Positions 13,618-22,491 of a stretch of DNA of 27,234 bases are shown one piece after another. The first letter of the stretch is position 1, and every line of letters starts with the position of its first letter. The notes beneath the pieces were generated by a model. The model was not told the DNA's origin. It was given only the letters and a program-made list of their open reading frames with translations, and did no database searches. The DNA is from a bacterium (GTDB lineage: Bacteria; Hydrothermota; Tepidihabitantia; Tepidihabitantales; Tepidihabitantaceae). The position numbers and the translations under genes were made by a program. The stretch lies in assembly GCA_046485285.1 (NCBI GenBank), contig JAWOHE010000001.1:1-27234 (forward strand). Reading direction: 5' to 3'.

Positions 13618-16451
13618 CCCGCACTCCCCTTTCCCCCGCGCTGGCCGGTCCCCCGGCGCGTCGCGCCGGGAGTCCGCTCCGGAATCCTGATGGAGCTCTC
13701 CTTCTCCCCGCGCGGAAGGCGCGGCTTCCCGGCGGCCGGGGGCCGCCGGGGCGCCTCTATCGCCGCCTGCGCCGCGGCCAGCCGGGCGACCGGCACCCGG
13801 TACGGCGAACAGCTCACGTAGTCCATCCCGACATCATGGCAGAACCGCACCGACTCCGGGTCGCCGCCGTGCTCGCCGCAGATGCCGACCTTGAGGCCCG
13901 GTCGGGCCGCCCGGCCGCGCTCGACCGCGATTCGGACCAGCTCGCCGACCGCCGGAAGGTCCAGCGTTCCGAACGGATCGGCCCGCAGCAGCCGGCGCTC
14001 GAGGTAGTCGGGCAGGAACGCCCCGGCGTCGTCGCGCGAGAAGCCGAAGGTCATCTGGGTCAGGTCGTTGGTGCCGAACGAGAAGAACTCGGCCTCCCTC
14101 GCCATCTCGCCCGCGGTCAGCGCCGCACGCGGAATCTCGATCATCGTGCCGACCAGGTGTGGGATGAACTTGAGCCCGGCAGCCCGGCAGACCTCGTCGT
14201 GGACCCGGCTGATGATGACGTTCTGGTCGGCGAGCTCGCGCGCCTCGCAGGTCACCGGTACCATTATCTCCGGCCTGGGCCGGCGCTTCGCTTTGAGCAG
14301 TTCGGCCGCGGCTTCGAAGACTGCCCGGGCCTGCATCGTGGTGATTTCCGGGTAGCTGATTCCCAGCCTGACCCCGCGGTGGCCCATCATCGGGTTGGTC
14401 TCGTGCAGGGCCTCGCCCCGCCGGCGCACCTCGGCGGCGCTCACCCCGAGCGCGCGGGCGAGCTCGCGCTGTTTCTTCCCGTCGCGGGGCACGAACTCGT
14501 GGAGCGGCGGGTCGAGCAGGCGGACCGTCACCGGCAGGCCGTCCATCGCCGCGAGCGTCCCCTTCACCGTGTTCTTGACGTGGACGAAAAGCTTGTCGAG
14601 CGCGGCCGTGCGCTCCTTCGCGGTCCGGCTCAGGATCATCCGGCGCAGGAGGAACAGCGGCACGTCGCTGCCCTTGCCGTAGAACATGTGCTCGGTGCGG
14701 AACAGCCCGATTCCTTCCGCCCCGAGCCTGCGGGCCAGCGCCGCGTCCTCCGGGGTCTCGGCGTTGGTCCGGACGCGCAGCTGCCGGTGCCTGTCGGCCA
14801 GCCCCATGAACCTCTGGAACCGTGGTTGCTCGCTCGCGTCCATCATCGCCAGCCGGCCGGCATAGACCCGGCCCCGGCTGCCGTTCAGCGTCAGCCAGTC
14901 GCCGTCGCCGAACGCCCGGCCGCCGAAGCGCAGCCTCCGCCCGGCCGCGTTCACTTCCGCGCCCTTCGCGCCGACGATGCAGCACTTGCCCCAGCCCCGG
15001 GCAACCAGCGCGGCGTGCGAGGTCATCCCGCCCCGCGCGGTCAGGATGCCGGCCGCGGCCCGCATCCCGTCGATGTCCTCCGGGCTCGTCTCCTCACGGA
15101 CGAGGATGACCGGCTCACCCCGCTTCGCCCGCGCCACGGCGTCGGCCGCGGTGAACGCGACCCGCCCGGCCGCGCCGCCCGGGCCGGCCGGCAGGCCCTC
15201 GGCCAGGACGACCGCGCCCCTCTCGGCAGCCGGGTCGACGATCGGGTGCAGGAGCTCGTCGAGTTGTGCCGGCTTGACCCGGCCGAGCGCGACCCGCTCG
15301 TCAATCAGCTTCTCGGCCAGCATGTCCATCGCGATGTTGAGCGCGGCGACCCCGGTCCGCTTGCCGGTCCGGGTCTGGAGCATCCAGAGCCTGCCCCGCT
15401 CGATCGTGAACTCGAGGTCCTGCATGTCCCGGAAATGCTTCTCGAGCCGGCGGCGGTGGCGGTCGAGCTCCCGGTACAGGCCGGGCATCGCCTCTTCGAG
15501 CGTCTCCATCGCCTTGTTGCTGACGTTCCGGCTCGCCGCGTTCAGCGGGTTGGGCGTCCGGATCCCGGCGACGACGTCCTCACCCTGGGCATTGCGCAAC
15601 CACTCGCCGTAGAACTGCGCCGCCCCGGTCGCCGGGTTGCGGGTGAACGCGACCCCGGTCGCCGAGTCGGCCCCGAGGTTCCCGAACACCATCGCCTGGA
15701 TGTTCACCGCCGTGCCCCAGTCATCGGGCAGGCCTTCGATGCGCCGGTAGGACACCGCGCGACGGCCGTTCCAGCTCCGGAACACCGCCCGGACGCTGGC
15801 CAGTAGTTGCTTCATCGGGTCCTCGGGGAAGCCGCGGCCGAACGCGGCGCGGATGCGCCGCTCGAACTGCGCGCACAGCTTCCTGAGGTCGGCCGCGGTC
15901 AGCGCCGAGTCGTCCTCCCGGCCGGCCCGCTCCTTCGCCCGGCTCATCAGCGCCTCGAGCCGGCTCCGGATGCCACGCCCCTCGCCGGGCTCGATACCCT
16001 CGGCCTTCTCCATCACGACGTCCGCGTACATCGTCAGCAGCCGGCGGTAGGAATCGAACGCGAACCGCTCGTCGCCGCTCATCGCGGCGAGCCCGGGCAG
16101 GGTCCGCCCGGACAGCCCGATGTTGAGCACGGTCTCCATCATCCCGGGCATCGACGCCCGCGCGCCCGACCGGCAGGAAAGCAGGAGCGGTGCCTTCGCG
16201 TCCCCGAACCGCCGCCCCGCCGCCTTCTCGACGAACACGAGCCCCTGCCGGATTTCCCGCTCGAGCCCGGCCGGGAACCGGCCGGTCCGCATGAACTCAA
16301 CGCAGGCCGCGGTCGTGACCGTGAACCCGGGCGGCACCGGCAACCCGAGGCTGGCCATCTCGGCGAGGTTCGCGCCCTTGCCGCCGAGCAATTCCTTCAT
16401 CCCGGCCGAGCCGTCGGCCCTGCCGTCACCGAACCGATAGACAAACTTCAA
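13614..16451 (-). CDS. ppdK: Pyruvate, phosphate dikinase
   Basis: LLGGKGANLAEM, RSGARASMPGMM, NAQGEDVVAG, GGMTSHAA (phospho-His), GIGLFRTEHMF, GTNDLTQ, GICGEHGG. TTG start after an AAGGAGG SD; stop overlaps the pckA ATG. Confidence 0.97.
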   Translation of the reverse strand: MKFVYRFGDGRADGSAGMKELLGGKGANLAEMASLGLPVPPGFTVTTAACVEFMRTGRFPAGLEREIRQGLVFVEKAAGRRFGDAKAPLLLSCRSGARASMPGMMETVLNIGLSGRTLPGLAAMSGDERFAFDSYRRLLTMYADVVMEKAEGIEPGEGRGIRSRLEALMSRAKERAGREDDSALTAADLRKLCAQFERRIRAAFGRGFPEDPMKQLLASVRAVFRSWNGRRAVSYRRIEGLPDDWGTAVNIQAMVFGNLGADSATGVAFTRNPATGAAQFYGEWLRNAQGEDVVAGIRTPNPLNAASRNVSNKAMETLEEAMPGLYRELDRHRRRLEKHFRDMQDLEFTIERGRLWMLQTRTGKRTGVAALNIAMDMLAEKLIDERVALGRVKPAQLDELLHPIVDPAAERGAVVLAEGLPAGPGGAAGRVAFTAADAVARAKRGEPVILVREETSPEDIDGMRAAAGILTARGGMTSHAALVARGWGKCCIVGAKGAEVNAAGRRLRFGGRAFGDGDWLTLNGSRGRVYAGRLAMMDASEQPRFQRFMGLADRHRQLRVRTNAETPEDAALARRLGAEGIGLFRTEHMFYGKGSDVPLFLLRRMILSRTAKERTAALDKLFVHVKNTVKGTLAAMDGLPVTVRLLDPPLHEFVPRDGKKQRELARALGVSAAEVRRRGEALHETNPMMGHRGVRLGISYPEITTMQARAVFEAAAELLKAKRRPRPEIMVPVTCEARELADQNVIISRVHDEVCRAAGLKFIPHLVGTMIEIPRAALTAGEMAREAEFFSFGTNDLTQMTFGFSRDDAGAFLPDYLERRLLRADPFGTLDLPAVGELVRIAVERGRAARPGLKVGICGEHGGDPESVRFCHDVGMDYVSCSPYRVPVARLAAAQAAIEAPRRPPAAGKPRLPRGEKESSIRIPERTPGATRRGTGQRGGKGSAG

Positions 16452-16484
16452 CGGACCTCCTTGGGAAACGCGCCTTCAGCGGCG

Positions 16485-16715
16485 CTACTCGTCATTCGGC
16501 GCGAGGAAACCCTCGACCAGCTCGCGGGCGCGGTCGAGGTCGCTCTCCTCGACCAGCACCTCGCCCCAGTCCGGACGCATCACCCGGGCAATGCCATCGT
16601 AGGCCGGGATCTGGAAGGAGCGGACCAGCGCGGGCACGCCGCTCTGGACGAGCAGGTCGCGGATCGAGTTGGCCATCAGCTCGTCCTGGGCGCGGTAGAC
16701 CGACTTCATAGCCAC
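16485..16715 (-). CDS. DUF2007-like small protein (putative signal-transducing protein)
   Basis: MKSVYRAQDELMANSIRDLLVQSGVPALV...GEVLVEESDLDRARELVEGF is the typical DUF2007 pattern. Start is GTG 16715 (leaderless position) or ATG 16709. Confidence 0.75.
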   Translation of the reverse strand: MAMKSVYRAQDELMANSIRDLLVQSGVPALVRSFQIPAYDGIARVMRPDWGEVLVEESDLDRARELVEGFLAPNDE

Positions 16716-16722
16716 GGCCCCG

Positions 16723-16751
16723 AGTATAGCCCGCCGCGCGGCCGGGGTCAA
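16723..16751 (-). promoter_or_regulatory. sigma70 promoter for DUF2007-ppdK-pckA
   Basis: Minus strand TTGACC-17 nt-TATACT-7 nt-GTG(16715). Confidence 0.7.
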
Positions 16752-16761
16752 CGCGGCCGGG

Positions 16762-16789
16762 TTGACACTCCCGACCGCACCACTATCAT
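16762..16789 (+). promoter_or_regulatory. sigma70 promoter for the HD-glyQ operon
   Basis: TTGACA-16 nt-TATCAT, back to back with the divergent promoter. Confidence 0.7.
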
Positions 16790-16859
16790 CACTCCGCTCG
16801 ATGATTGGCCCGATGGCAAGACCGCGGCAGTCGCCTGCCGATACCCCGGGGAGGTCCGC

Positions 16860-17405
16860 GTGACGCGCGAAGAAGCCTGGACGCTGGTCCGGGAGAAGGT
16901 CGGGAACCGCAATCTGCAGAAGCACATGCTCGCGACCGAGGCCTGCCTGCGCGCCCTTGCCGCGCGGTTCGGCGCCGACGCGGAAAGCTGGGGGCTCGCC
17001 GGCCTCGTCCACGACCTCGATTACGAGGAAACCGCCCGCGACCCGGCCCGCCACGGCATCGTCGCGGCCGCCGAGCTCGCCGCCCGCGGCGTCGCCGACG
17101 AGGTCGTCAACGCGGTCAAGGCTCACGCCGGCAACGCGCCGGTCGCGACCGACCTCGACCGGGCCCTCTTCGCGGTCGACCCGATCACCGGGCTCATCGT
17201 CGCCGCCGCGCTGATGCACCCGGATAAGAGGCTCGCCGGCCTCGACACCGAATTTGTCCTCCGCCGCTACCGCGAGAAGAAGTTCGCCGCCGGTGCCAGC
17301 CGGGAGCAGATCGCCACCTGCGCGAACCTCGGCCTCACCCTCGAGGAATTCACCGCCGCCTGCCTCGACGCGATGAAGGGCGCCGCGGCCGAGCTCGGCC
17401 TCTGA
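16860..17405 (+). CDS. HD/HDIG-domain metal-dependent phosphohydrolase
   Basis: GGAGG SD then GTG 16860; TREEAWTLV...KHMLATEA...WGLAGLVHDLDYE...HG...AH...LFAVDPITG...KKFAAGASRE. Confidence 0.88.
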   Translation: MTREEAWTLVREKVGNRNLQKHMLATEACLRALAARFGADAESWGLAGLVHDLDYEETARDPARHGIVAAAELAARGVADEVVNAVKAHAGNAPVATDLDRALFAVDPITGLIVAAALMHPDKRLAGLDTEFVLRRYREKKFAAGASREQIATCANLGLTLEEFTAACLDAMKGAAAELGL

Positions 17406-17409
17406 CGCG

Positions 17410-18282
17410 ATGGCCGCCGGACCCTCACCGCTCGCGCTCCAGGACATCATTCTCCGCCTTCAGCAGTACTGGGCCGGCCGCGGCTGCGCGGTCCTCTCGC
17501 CCTACAACTCCGAGGTCGGCGCCGGCACCTTCAACCCGGCGACCTTCATCCGCGTCCTCGACTCCCGGCCCTGGAACGTCGTCTACTGCGAGCCCTCCCA
17601 GCGCCCGCGCGACGGCCGCTACGCGAAGAACCCGCTCCGTGTCCAGCAGTTCTGGCAGCTTCAGGTCGTCCTCAAGCCCGCGCCCGCCGACGTCCAGGAC
17701 CAGTACCTCGGGAGCCTCGAAGCCATCGGCATCGACCTCGCCAAGAACGACGTCCGCTTCATCGAGGACGACTGGAAGTCGCCGACCCTCGGTGCCTGGG
17801 GCCTCGGCTGGCAGGTCGACCTCAACGGCATCGAAATCACCCAGTTCACCTACTTCCAGCAGTGCGGCTCGGTCGACCTCAAGGTCATCCCGGTCGAGAT
17901 AACCTACGGGCTCGAGCGCATCGCGATGTTCGTCCAGGGAGTCGAGAGCATCTTCGACGTCCGCTGGAACGAGCATCTCAGCTGGGGCGACATCTACCGC
18001 CAGAACGAAGAGGAATTCTGCGCCTACAACTTCGAGCACGCCGATACCAGCCTGCTCGCCGGGCTCTTCGACCGCTTCGAGGCCGAGGCCCGGCGCCTGC
18101 TCGGGCTCGGGCTTGTCTACCCCGGCTACCACCACGTCGTCAAGTGCTCGCACTGTTTCAACCTGCTCGAGGCCCGCGGCGCGATCAGCGTCTCCGAGCG
18201 CGAGAACTACATCGGCCGCGTCCGCCGGCTCGCCCGGCTCGCGGCGACGACCTGCCTCGCCAAGGCCGACCCGCCCGCCTGA
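17410..18282 (+). CDS. glyQ: Glycine--tRNA ligase alpha subunit
   Basis: EVGAGTFNPATF, RPRDGRY, QVVLKP, RFIEDDWKSPTLGAWGLGW, EITQFTYFQQ, EITYGLERIAM, KCSHCFNLLEARGAISVSER. Confidence 0.95.
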   Translation: MAAGPSPLALQDIILRLQQYWAGRGCAVLSPYNSEVGAGTFNPATFIRVLDSRPWNVVYCEPSQRPRDGRYAKNPLRVQQFWQLQVVLKPAPADVQDQYLGSLEAIGIDLAKNDVRFIEDDWKSPTLGAWGLGWQVDLNGIEITQFTYFQQCGSVDLKVIPVEITYGLERIAMFVQGVESIFDVRWNEHLSWGDIYRQNEEEFCAYNFEHADTSLLAGLFDRFEAEARRLLGLGLVYPGYHHVVKCSHCFNLLEARGAISVSERENYIGRVRRLARLAATTCLAKADPPA

Positions 18283-18302
18283 GGCCCGGCGCGGAGGCCG
18301 CG

Positions 18303-19529
18303 ATCGACGACATCATCATCTCCCCCGGGCTGGCCGACCGGGTCATCGAGCTCCGGCGCTGGTTCCACGCCCACCCGGAGCCCTCCGGCGAGGAGCGGGA
18401 AACGCAGGCAAAGGTGCTGGCCGAGCTCGCCGCGCTCGGCATCGAGCACCGGCCCGCCGGCCGCACTGGCGTCATCGCGACCGTCCGCGGCCGCGCCGCG
18501 CGTCCCTGCATCGCCCTCCGCGCGGACCTCGACGCCCTCCGCATCCCGGAGGCCGAGACCGGCCTGAACGCCGGCTACCGCTCGCGCAACGAGGGAGTCT
18601 CCCATGCCTGCGGCCACGACGGCCACGTCGCGATGCTGCTCGGCGCGGCCCGCTGGCTCGAGGAGCGCCGGCAGGAACTGCCCGGCAGCGTCAGGCTGAT
18701 ATTCCAGCCCGCCGAGGAGGCGCCGCCCGGCGGCGCGACCGCGATGATCGCCGACGGCTGCCTCGACGGCGTCGACGCGGCCTTCGGCGTCCACCTCGTC
18801 GGCCACCTCGACTGCGGCCTCGTCGCGGTCAGACCCGGCCCGTTCATGGCCAGCCCCTACACTTGGACCGTGACCGTCCGCGGCCGCGCCGGCCACCATA
18901 TGGACCCGACGCTGTGCATCGACGCGCTCGCGCTCGCCGCACGCTTCGTAACCGAGGCGCCGGCAGTCGTCCGCGCCGCCCTGCCCGAGGGCGCCCGCTA
19001 CGTCCTCGGCTTCGGCACCTTCGAGTCCGGGACCCAGTACAACCAGACCCCGGACCGGGCCGTGGTCCGAGGCAGCTTCCGCGTCTTCGAGCCCGCCCAC
19101 GCCGAGGTCATCCTCGCCGCGCTCGTGAGCCTGCTCGCACGACTGCGGCAGGAGTTCGCCCGGCCCGGCATCCCCGGTCTGCCCGAGACGAAACTCGAAC
19201 TGCCCAGGGGCTACCCGGTGCTGGTCAACGACCCGGCCTTCACCCGCCGCGCCGCCCGGGTCCTGCGCCCGCACGTCCCGAAGCTCGACGACGACACGCC
19301 GCCCAGCCTCGGAGCCGAGGACTTCGCCGAGTACCTCTACCGCGTGCCCGGGCTCTTCGCCTTCCTCGGCGTCAGGAACCCGGCCAAGGGCATCACCGCG
19401 GTCAACCACGCCCCGGACTTCGACATCGACGAGGATGTCCTCGCCCTCGGCACCAGGGTCCTCATCCTCGTCGCCACCGGCTTCCTCGCGGACCCCGGCT
19501 CCTGGCTGGCCGCCCCCGGCGCCCGCTGA
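18303..19529 (+). CDS. M20 family amidohydrolase (M20D/Acy1-like); start codon non-canonical or uncertain
   Basis: LRRWFHAHPE, ALRADLDAL, HACGHDGH, FQPAEE, GAEDF, NHAPDFDIDE. GGAGG at 18293-18297 is followed by in-frame ATC at 18303; no nearby ATG/GTG/TTG. Confidence 0.88.
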   Translation: MDDIIISPGLADRVIELRRWFHAHPEPSGEERETQAKVLAELAALGIEHRPAGRTGVIATVRGRAARPCIALRADLDALRIPEAETGLNAGYRSRNEGVSHACGHDGHVAMLLGAARWLEERRQELPGSVRLIFQPAEEAPPGGATAMIADGCLDGVDAAFGVHLVGHLDCGLVAVRPGPFMASPYTWTVTVRGRAGHHMDPTLCIDALALAARFVTEAPAVVRAALPEGARYVLGFGTFESGTQYNQTPDRAVVRGSFRVFEPAHAEVILAALVSLLARLRQEFARPGIPGLPETKLELPRGYPVLVNDPAFTRRAARVLRPHVPKLDDDTPPSLGAEDFAEYLYRVPGLFAFLGVRNPAKGITAVNHAPDFDIDEDVLALGTRVLILVATGFLADPGSWLAAPGAR

Positions 19530-20263
19530 TGCGACCCCTCGCGCTCCTCATCATGCTCCTGTCCGCGACGCTCCTTGCGTCGGCGCCGACCGACTCGCTG
19601 CTGGCGCGCGCCCGCTGGCTCCACCACCATCGGCACCTCGACCGGTCGCATCTCGACTCCGCCCGGGTGATGCTCGAAGGGGTCCGCGCCGCCGAGCCGG
19701 CCAACGAATCCTGCCGCGTCTGGCTCGCCCGCGTCCTGCTCCAACTCGGCGACCGCGCCCGCACCCGCGCCGACAGCCTCAACTGGTACGTCCGCGCCCG
19801 CGCGGTCGCGAATACCCTGCGGCGGCGCTGGCCCCGCAACCCCGAAGGCCATCTCTGGTGGGGCAACGCCCAGGCCCGCATCGGCGAACAGCAGGGCGTC
19901 GTCCGGTCGCTCTTCATGCTCGGCGATATCAAGTCGGCTTTCCTGCGCGCGGTCCAACTCAAACCCGACCACGTCCTCGGGCTCTATGCCATCGGCCGGA
20001 TGTACTACGAACTGCCCGGCATCGCCGGCGGCGGGATCGACAAGGCCGAGGAATACTGGCTCCGCGCGCTGGCGCTCGAACCCGGCCTGACCCTGACGCG
20101 GATCAGCCTGGCCTGGGCGGCCGAGCGCCGCCGGGACTGGCCGAAGGCCCGGGAGCACGCCCGGTCGGTGCTCGCGACCGCCGATCCCTCCGAACCAGCC
20201 TCGTTCTTCGGCCACGACCGCCCGCACGCCCTCGCCCTGCTCGAACGCCTCAAGGACCGCTGA
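19529..20263 (+). CDS. Secreted TPR-like helical repeat protein
   Basis: TGATG overlap with the M20 stop; signal peptide MRPLALLIMLLSATLLASA; TPR-like segments PRNPEGHLWWG, RAVQLKPD, GRMYYELPGIAGG..DKAEEYWLRALALEP. Confidence 0.8.
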   Translation: MRPLALLIMLLSATLLASAPTDSLLARARWLHHHRHLDRSHLDSARVMLEGVRAAEPANESCRVWLARVLLQLGDRARTRADSLNWYVRARAVANTLRRRWPRNPEGHLWWGNAQARIGEQQGVVRSLFMLGDIKSAFLRAVQLKPDHVLGLYAIGRMYYELPGIAGGGIDKAEEYWLRALALEPGLTLTRISLAWAAERRRDWPKAREHARSVLATADPSEPASFFGHDRPHALALLERLKDR

Positions 20264-20294
20264 CCCGCGCCGGCTGGAATCCCGTTCCCCGGGA

Positions 20295-20303
20295 TGCTAT
20301 AAT
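20295..20303 (+). promoter_or_regulatory. Extended -10 promoter upstream of the M1 peptidase
   Basis: TGcTATAAT in a GC-rich intergenic region. Confidence 0.6.
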
Positions 20304-20368
20304 TACCGGTTCGGGGGCGCGCCAGCGCGACCCCGCCGTCAGCGAAGCCCGCAATCTGGAGGTGCTGT

Positions 20369-22369
20369 TTGCGACTGCTCGCCGTGATTCTGCTCTTCAC
20401 CGCCGCGGCCCTCGGCTACGTCCCCGGGCCCGAGACCCGCGAGGCCAAGTGGAACCTGCCCGGCCTCACCGCCCCGGAACTCGACGCCGAGTCAAGCCAC
20501 AGCTACGACGTCCGCCACTACGCGATCGACCTCGACCTGCCGATGACCTCGGGCGCGATGACCGCCCGCTGCGCCATCCGGTTCCGGAGCAGCGTCCCGG
20601 CCCTCGACAGCATCTTCCTCAACTTCGTCAGCCTGACCTGCGACTCGGTCAAGCTCGGCGCGGCCAGCCTGCGCTTCCAGGACTCCTACCAGTTCCTCAA
20701 CGTCTACCTCGACACGCCGCTCGCCGAGGGCGACTCGGCGACCATCGACATCTACTACCGCCGCGCCGCCGGCACCACCAACCGCGGCTTCTACTGGTAT
20801 CTCCAGGGCTCGGGCAACAACCGCAACCACACCGTCGCCTACTCAATAACCGAGCCCGAGGACTCCCGCTACTGGTTTCCCTGCTGGGACCAGCCCTGGG
20901 ACAAGGCCGAGGCCGGTTGCCAGGTCAACGTCACCGTGCCCGACAGCTTCACCGCCTGCGCCAACGGCCTGCTCGACAGCGTCACCACCGCGGCCGGCAA
21001 GAAGACCTTCTGGTGGACTCACCGCTACCCGGTCCCGACCTACCTCATCAACTTCGCGGCCAGCGTCTTCAGCCACTGGGTCCAGCACGCCCACGTCGGC
21101 GGCGGGGACTCGGTCCCGGTCCACAACTACGTCTGGCCCGAGGACTCGGCGGCCTCGGTCAATTCCTTCCGAAACGTCCCCGATATGGTCGAGTTCTTCT
21201 CGCGCGAGGACCGCTTCGGCCGCTACCCGTTCGAGGAAGAGAAGTACGGCCACGTCGCCGTCTACCCGTTCAGCTTCGGCGGAATGGAACACCAGACGAT
21301 GACGACCGTCCACCGCGCCTGGGTCATCTACGGCAGCGAGTCCGGCATAGCCCACGAACTCGCCCACATGTGGTACGGCGACTACATCACCTGCCACGAC
21401 TGGCGCGAAATCTGGCTCAACGAAGGCTCGGCCAGCTACCTGGATCCGCTCTGGTTCCACCACTTCTACGGCCGCGAGCAGTTCCTCGACGCGATGGCCG
21501 ACTACGCCGACGGCTACTTCCAGTCCGACGCCACCTACCGCCGCCCGCTCTACAACCCCGGCCTCGCCCGGCTCTTCGACTGGGGCCACACCTACTGCAA
21601 GGCCGCCTGGGTCAACCACATGACCCGCTACCTCCACGCCGACACCGTCTTTGCCAGCCCGGGAAGCTGGTTCGAGGCCGAGCGCGCCTGGGCCGACAGC
21701 TTCGCCTACGGCACCGGCACGACCCGCGAGCGCCAGGCCATCCACGAGCGCTGGCTCGGTCCCGGCCTCGACTGGTTCTACGACGAATGGGTCTTCATGG
21801 CCGGCTTCCCGGACTACGCCGTTAACTGGTTCGGCCGCGAGGGCGCCGACGGCTGGGAAATCGTCATCGACGTCGGCCAGGATAACGGCGCCCAGGCGCC
21901 TGACTGCTTCCACATGCCGGTCGAGGTCCTCGTCCGCCGCGAGTCCGGCGGCGACACCCTGCTCCACTGGGACATCGCCGCCAACCCCCAGCGCGACGTC
22001 TTCCCGCTCTCCGCCCGGCCCACCGGCATCGTCTTCGACCCCGGCAACTGGCTGCTCTGCCGCGTGAACATCACCAGCGGCATCGAGCACGAGCTCTCGC
22101 CCGCGGTCGGCGTCAGCCGGCCGGTCCTCCACGCCCCGGCCCCCAACCCCGCGCCCGGCCGCGCGACCCTGCGCTACAGCCTGCCCCACGCACAGGACGT
22201 CACCCTCGCGGTCCACGACGCGACCGGCCGGCTCGTCCGCACCCTCGCCCGGGGCCGCCACGAGGCCGGCCATCACTCCGCCCGGCTCGTGGAGCTGCCC
22301 GCCGGCGTCTACCTCGTCCGGCTCGCGGCCGGCCGCGCGACCGAGACCCGCAAGCTCGTCATCGAGTAG
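20369..22369 (+). CDS. Secreted M1 family zinc aminopeptidase with T9SS-like/FlgD-like C-terminal domain
   Basis: GGAGG SD with TTG start; signal peptide; YDVRHY, RYWFPCWD, GGMEH, HELAHMW-x-WLNEG (HEXXH-x18-E); CTD PNPAPG...HDATGRLV...LPAGVYLVRL...RKLVIE. Confidence 0.93.
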   Translation: MRLLAVILLFTAAALGYVPGPETREAKWNLPGLTAPELDAESSHSYDVRHYAIDLDLPMTSGAMTARCAIRFRSSVPALDSIFLNFVSLTCDSVKLGAASLRFQDSYQFLNVYLDTPLAEGDSATIDIYYRRAAGTTNRGFYWYLQGSGNNRNHTVAYSITEPEDSRYWFPCWDQPWDKAEAGCQVNVTVPDSFTACANGLLDSVTTAAGKKTFWWTHRYPVPTYLINFAASVFSHWVQHAHVGGGDSVPVHNYVWPEDSAASVNSFRNVPDMVEFFSREDRFGRYPFEEEKYGHVAVYPFSFGGMEHQTMTTVHRAWVIYGSESGIAHELAHMWYGDYITCHDWREIWLNEGSASYLDPLWFHHFYGREQFLDAMADYADGYFQSDATYRRPLYNPGLARLFDWGHTYCKAAWVNHMTRYLHADTVFASPGSWFEAERAWADSFAYGTGTTRERQAIHERWLGPGLDWFYDEWVFMAGFPDYAVNWFGREGADGWEIVIDVGQDNGAQAPDCFHMPVEVLVRRESGGDTLLHWDIAANPQRDVFPLSARPTGIVFDPGNWLLCRVNITSGIEHELSPAVGVSRPVLHAPAPNPAPGRATLRYSLPHAQDVTLAVHDATGRLVRTLARGRHEAGHHSARLVELPAGVYLVRLAAGRATETRKLVIE

Positions 22370-22370
22370 C
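22173..22370 (+). repeat. CTD-coding repeat copy 1 (copy 2 at 24989-25186)
   Basis: Hand alignment without gaps: 16 mismatches in 198 nt; the last 70 nt are identical. Confidence 0.9.
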
Positions 22371-22390
22371 GCGGCAGGACGTTCTTCCCC

Positions 22391-22417
22391 GCGGGGCCGG
22401 CAGGATGCCGGCCCCGC
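22391..22417. terminator. Strong GC hairpin after the M1 peptidase (terminator or REP-like)
   Basis: GCGGGGCCGGCA-GGA-TGCCGGCCCCGC. Confidence 0.5.
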
Positions 22418-22422
22418 CGCTA

Positions 22423-22450
22423 TTGACAGGATTCCGCGGCGGCCGACAAT
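22423..22450 (+). promoter_or_regulatory. sigma70-type promoter for the repeat protein
   Basis: TTGACA-16 nt-GACAAT; downstream AAGGAG SD and ATG 22492. Confidence 0.6.
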
Positions 22451-22491
22451 GTCTCGGCCCGAGGCCCTGCGCCCGGGCCAAAGGAGAAGAA

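Noticed and set aside
16801-16863. 20-codon upstream ORF whose TGA overlaps the HD gene GTG
   Set aside because: No SD, not at the predicted TSS, no regulatory codon run; expected by chance in GC-rich DNA.
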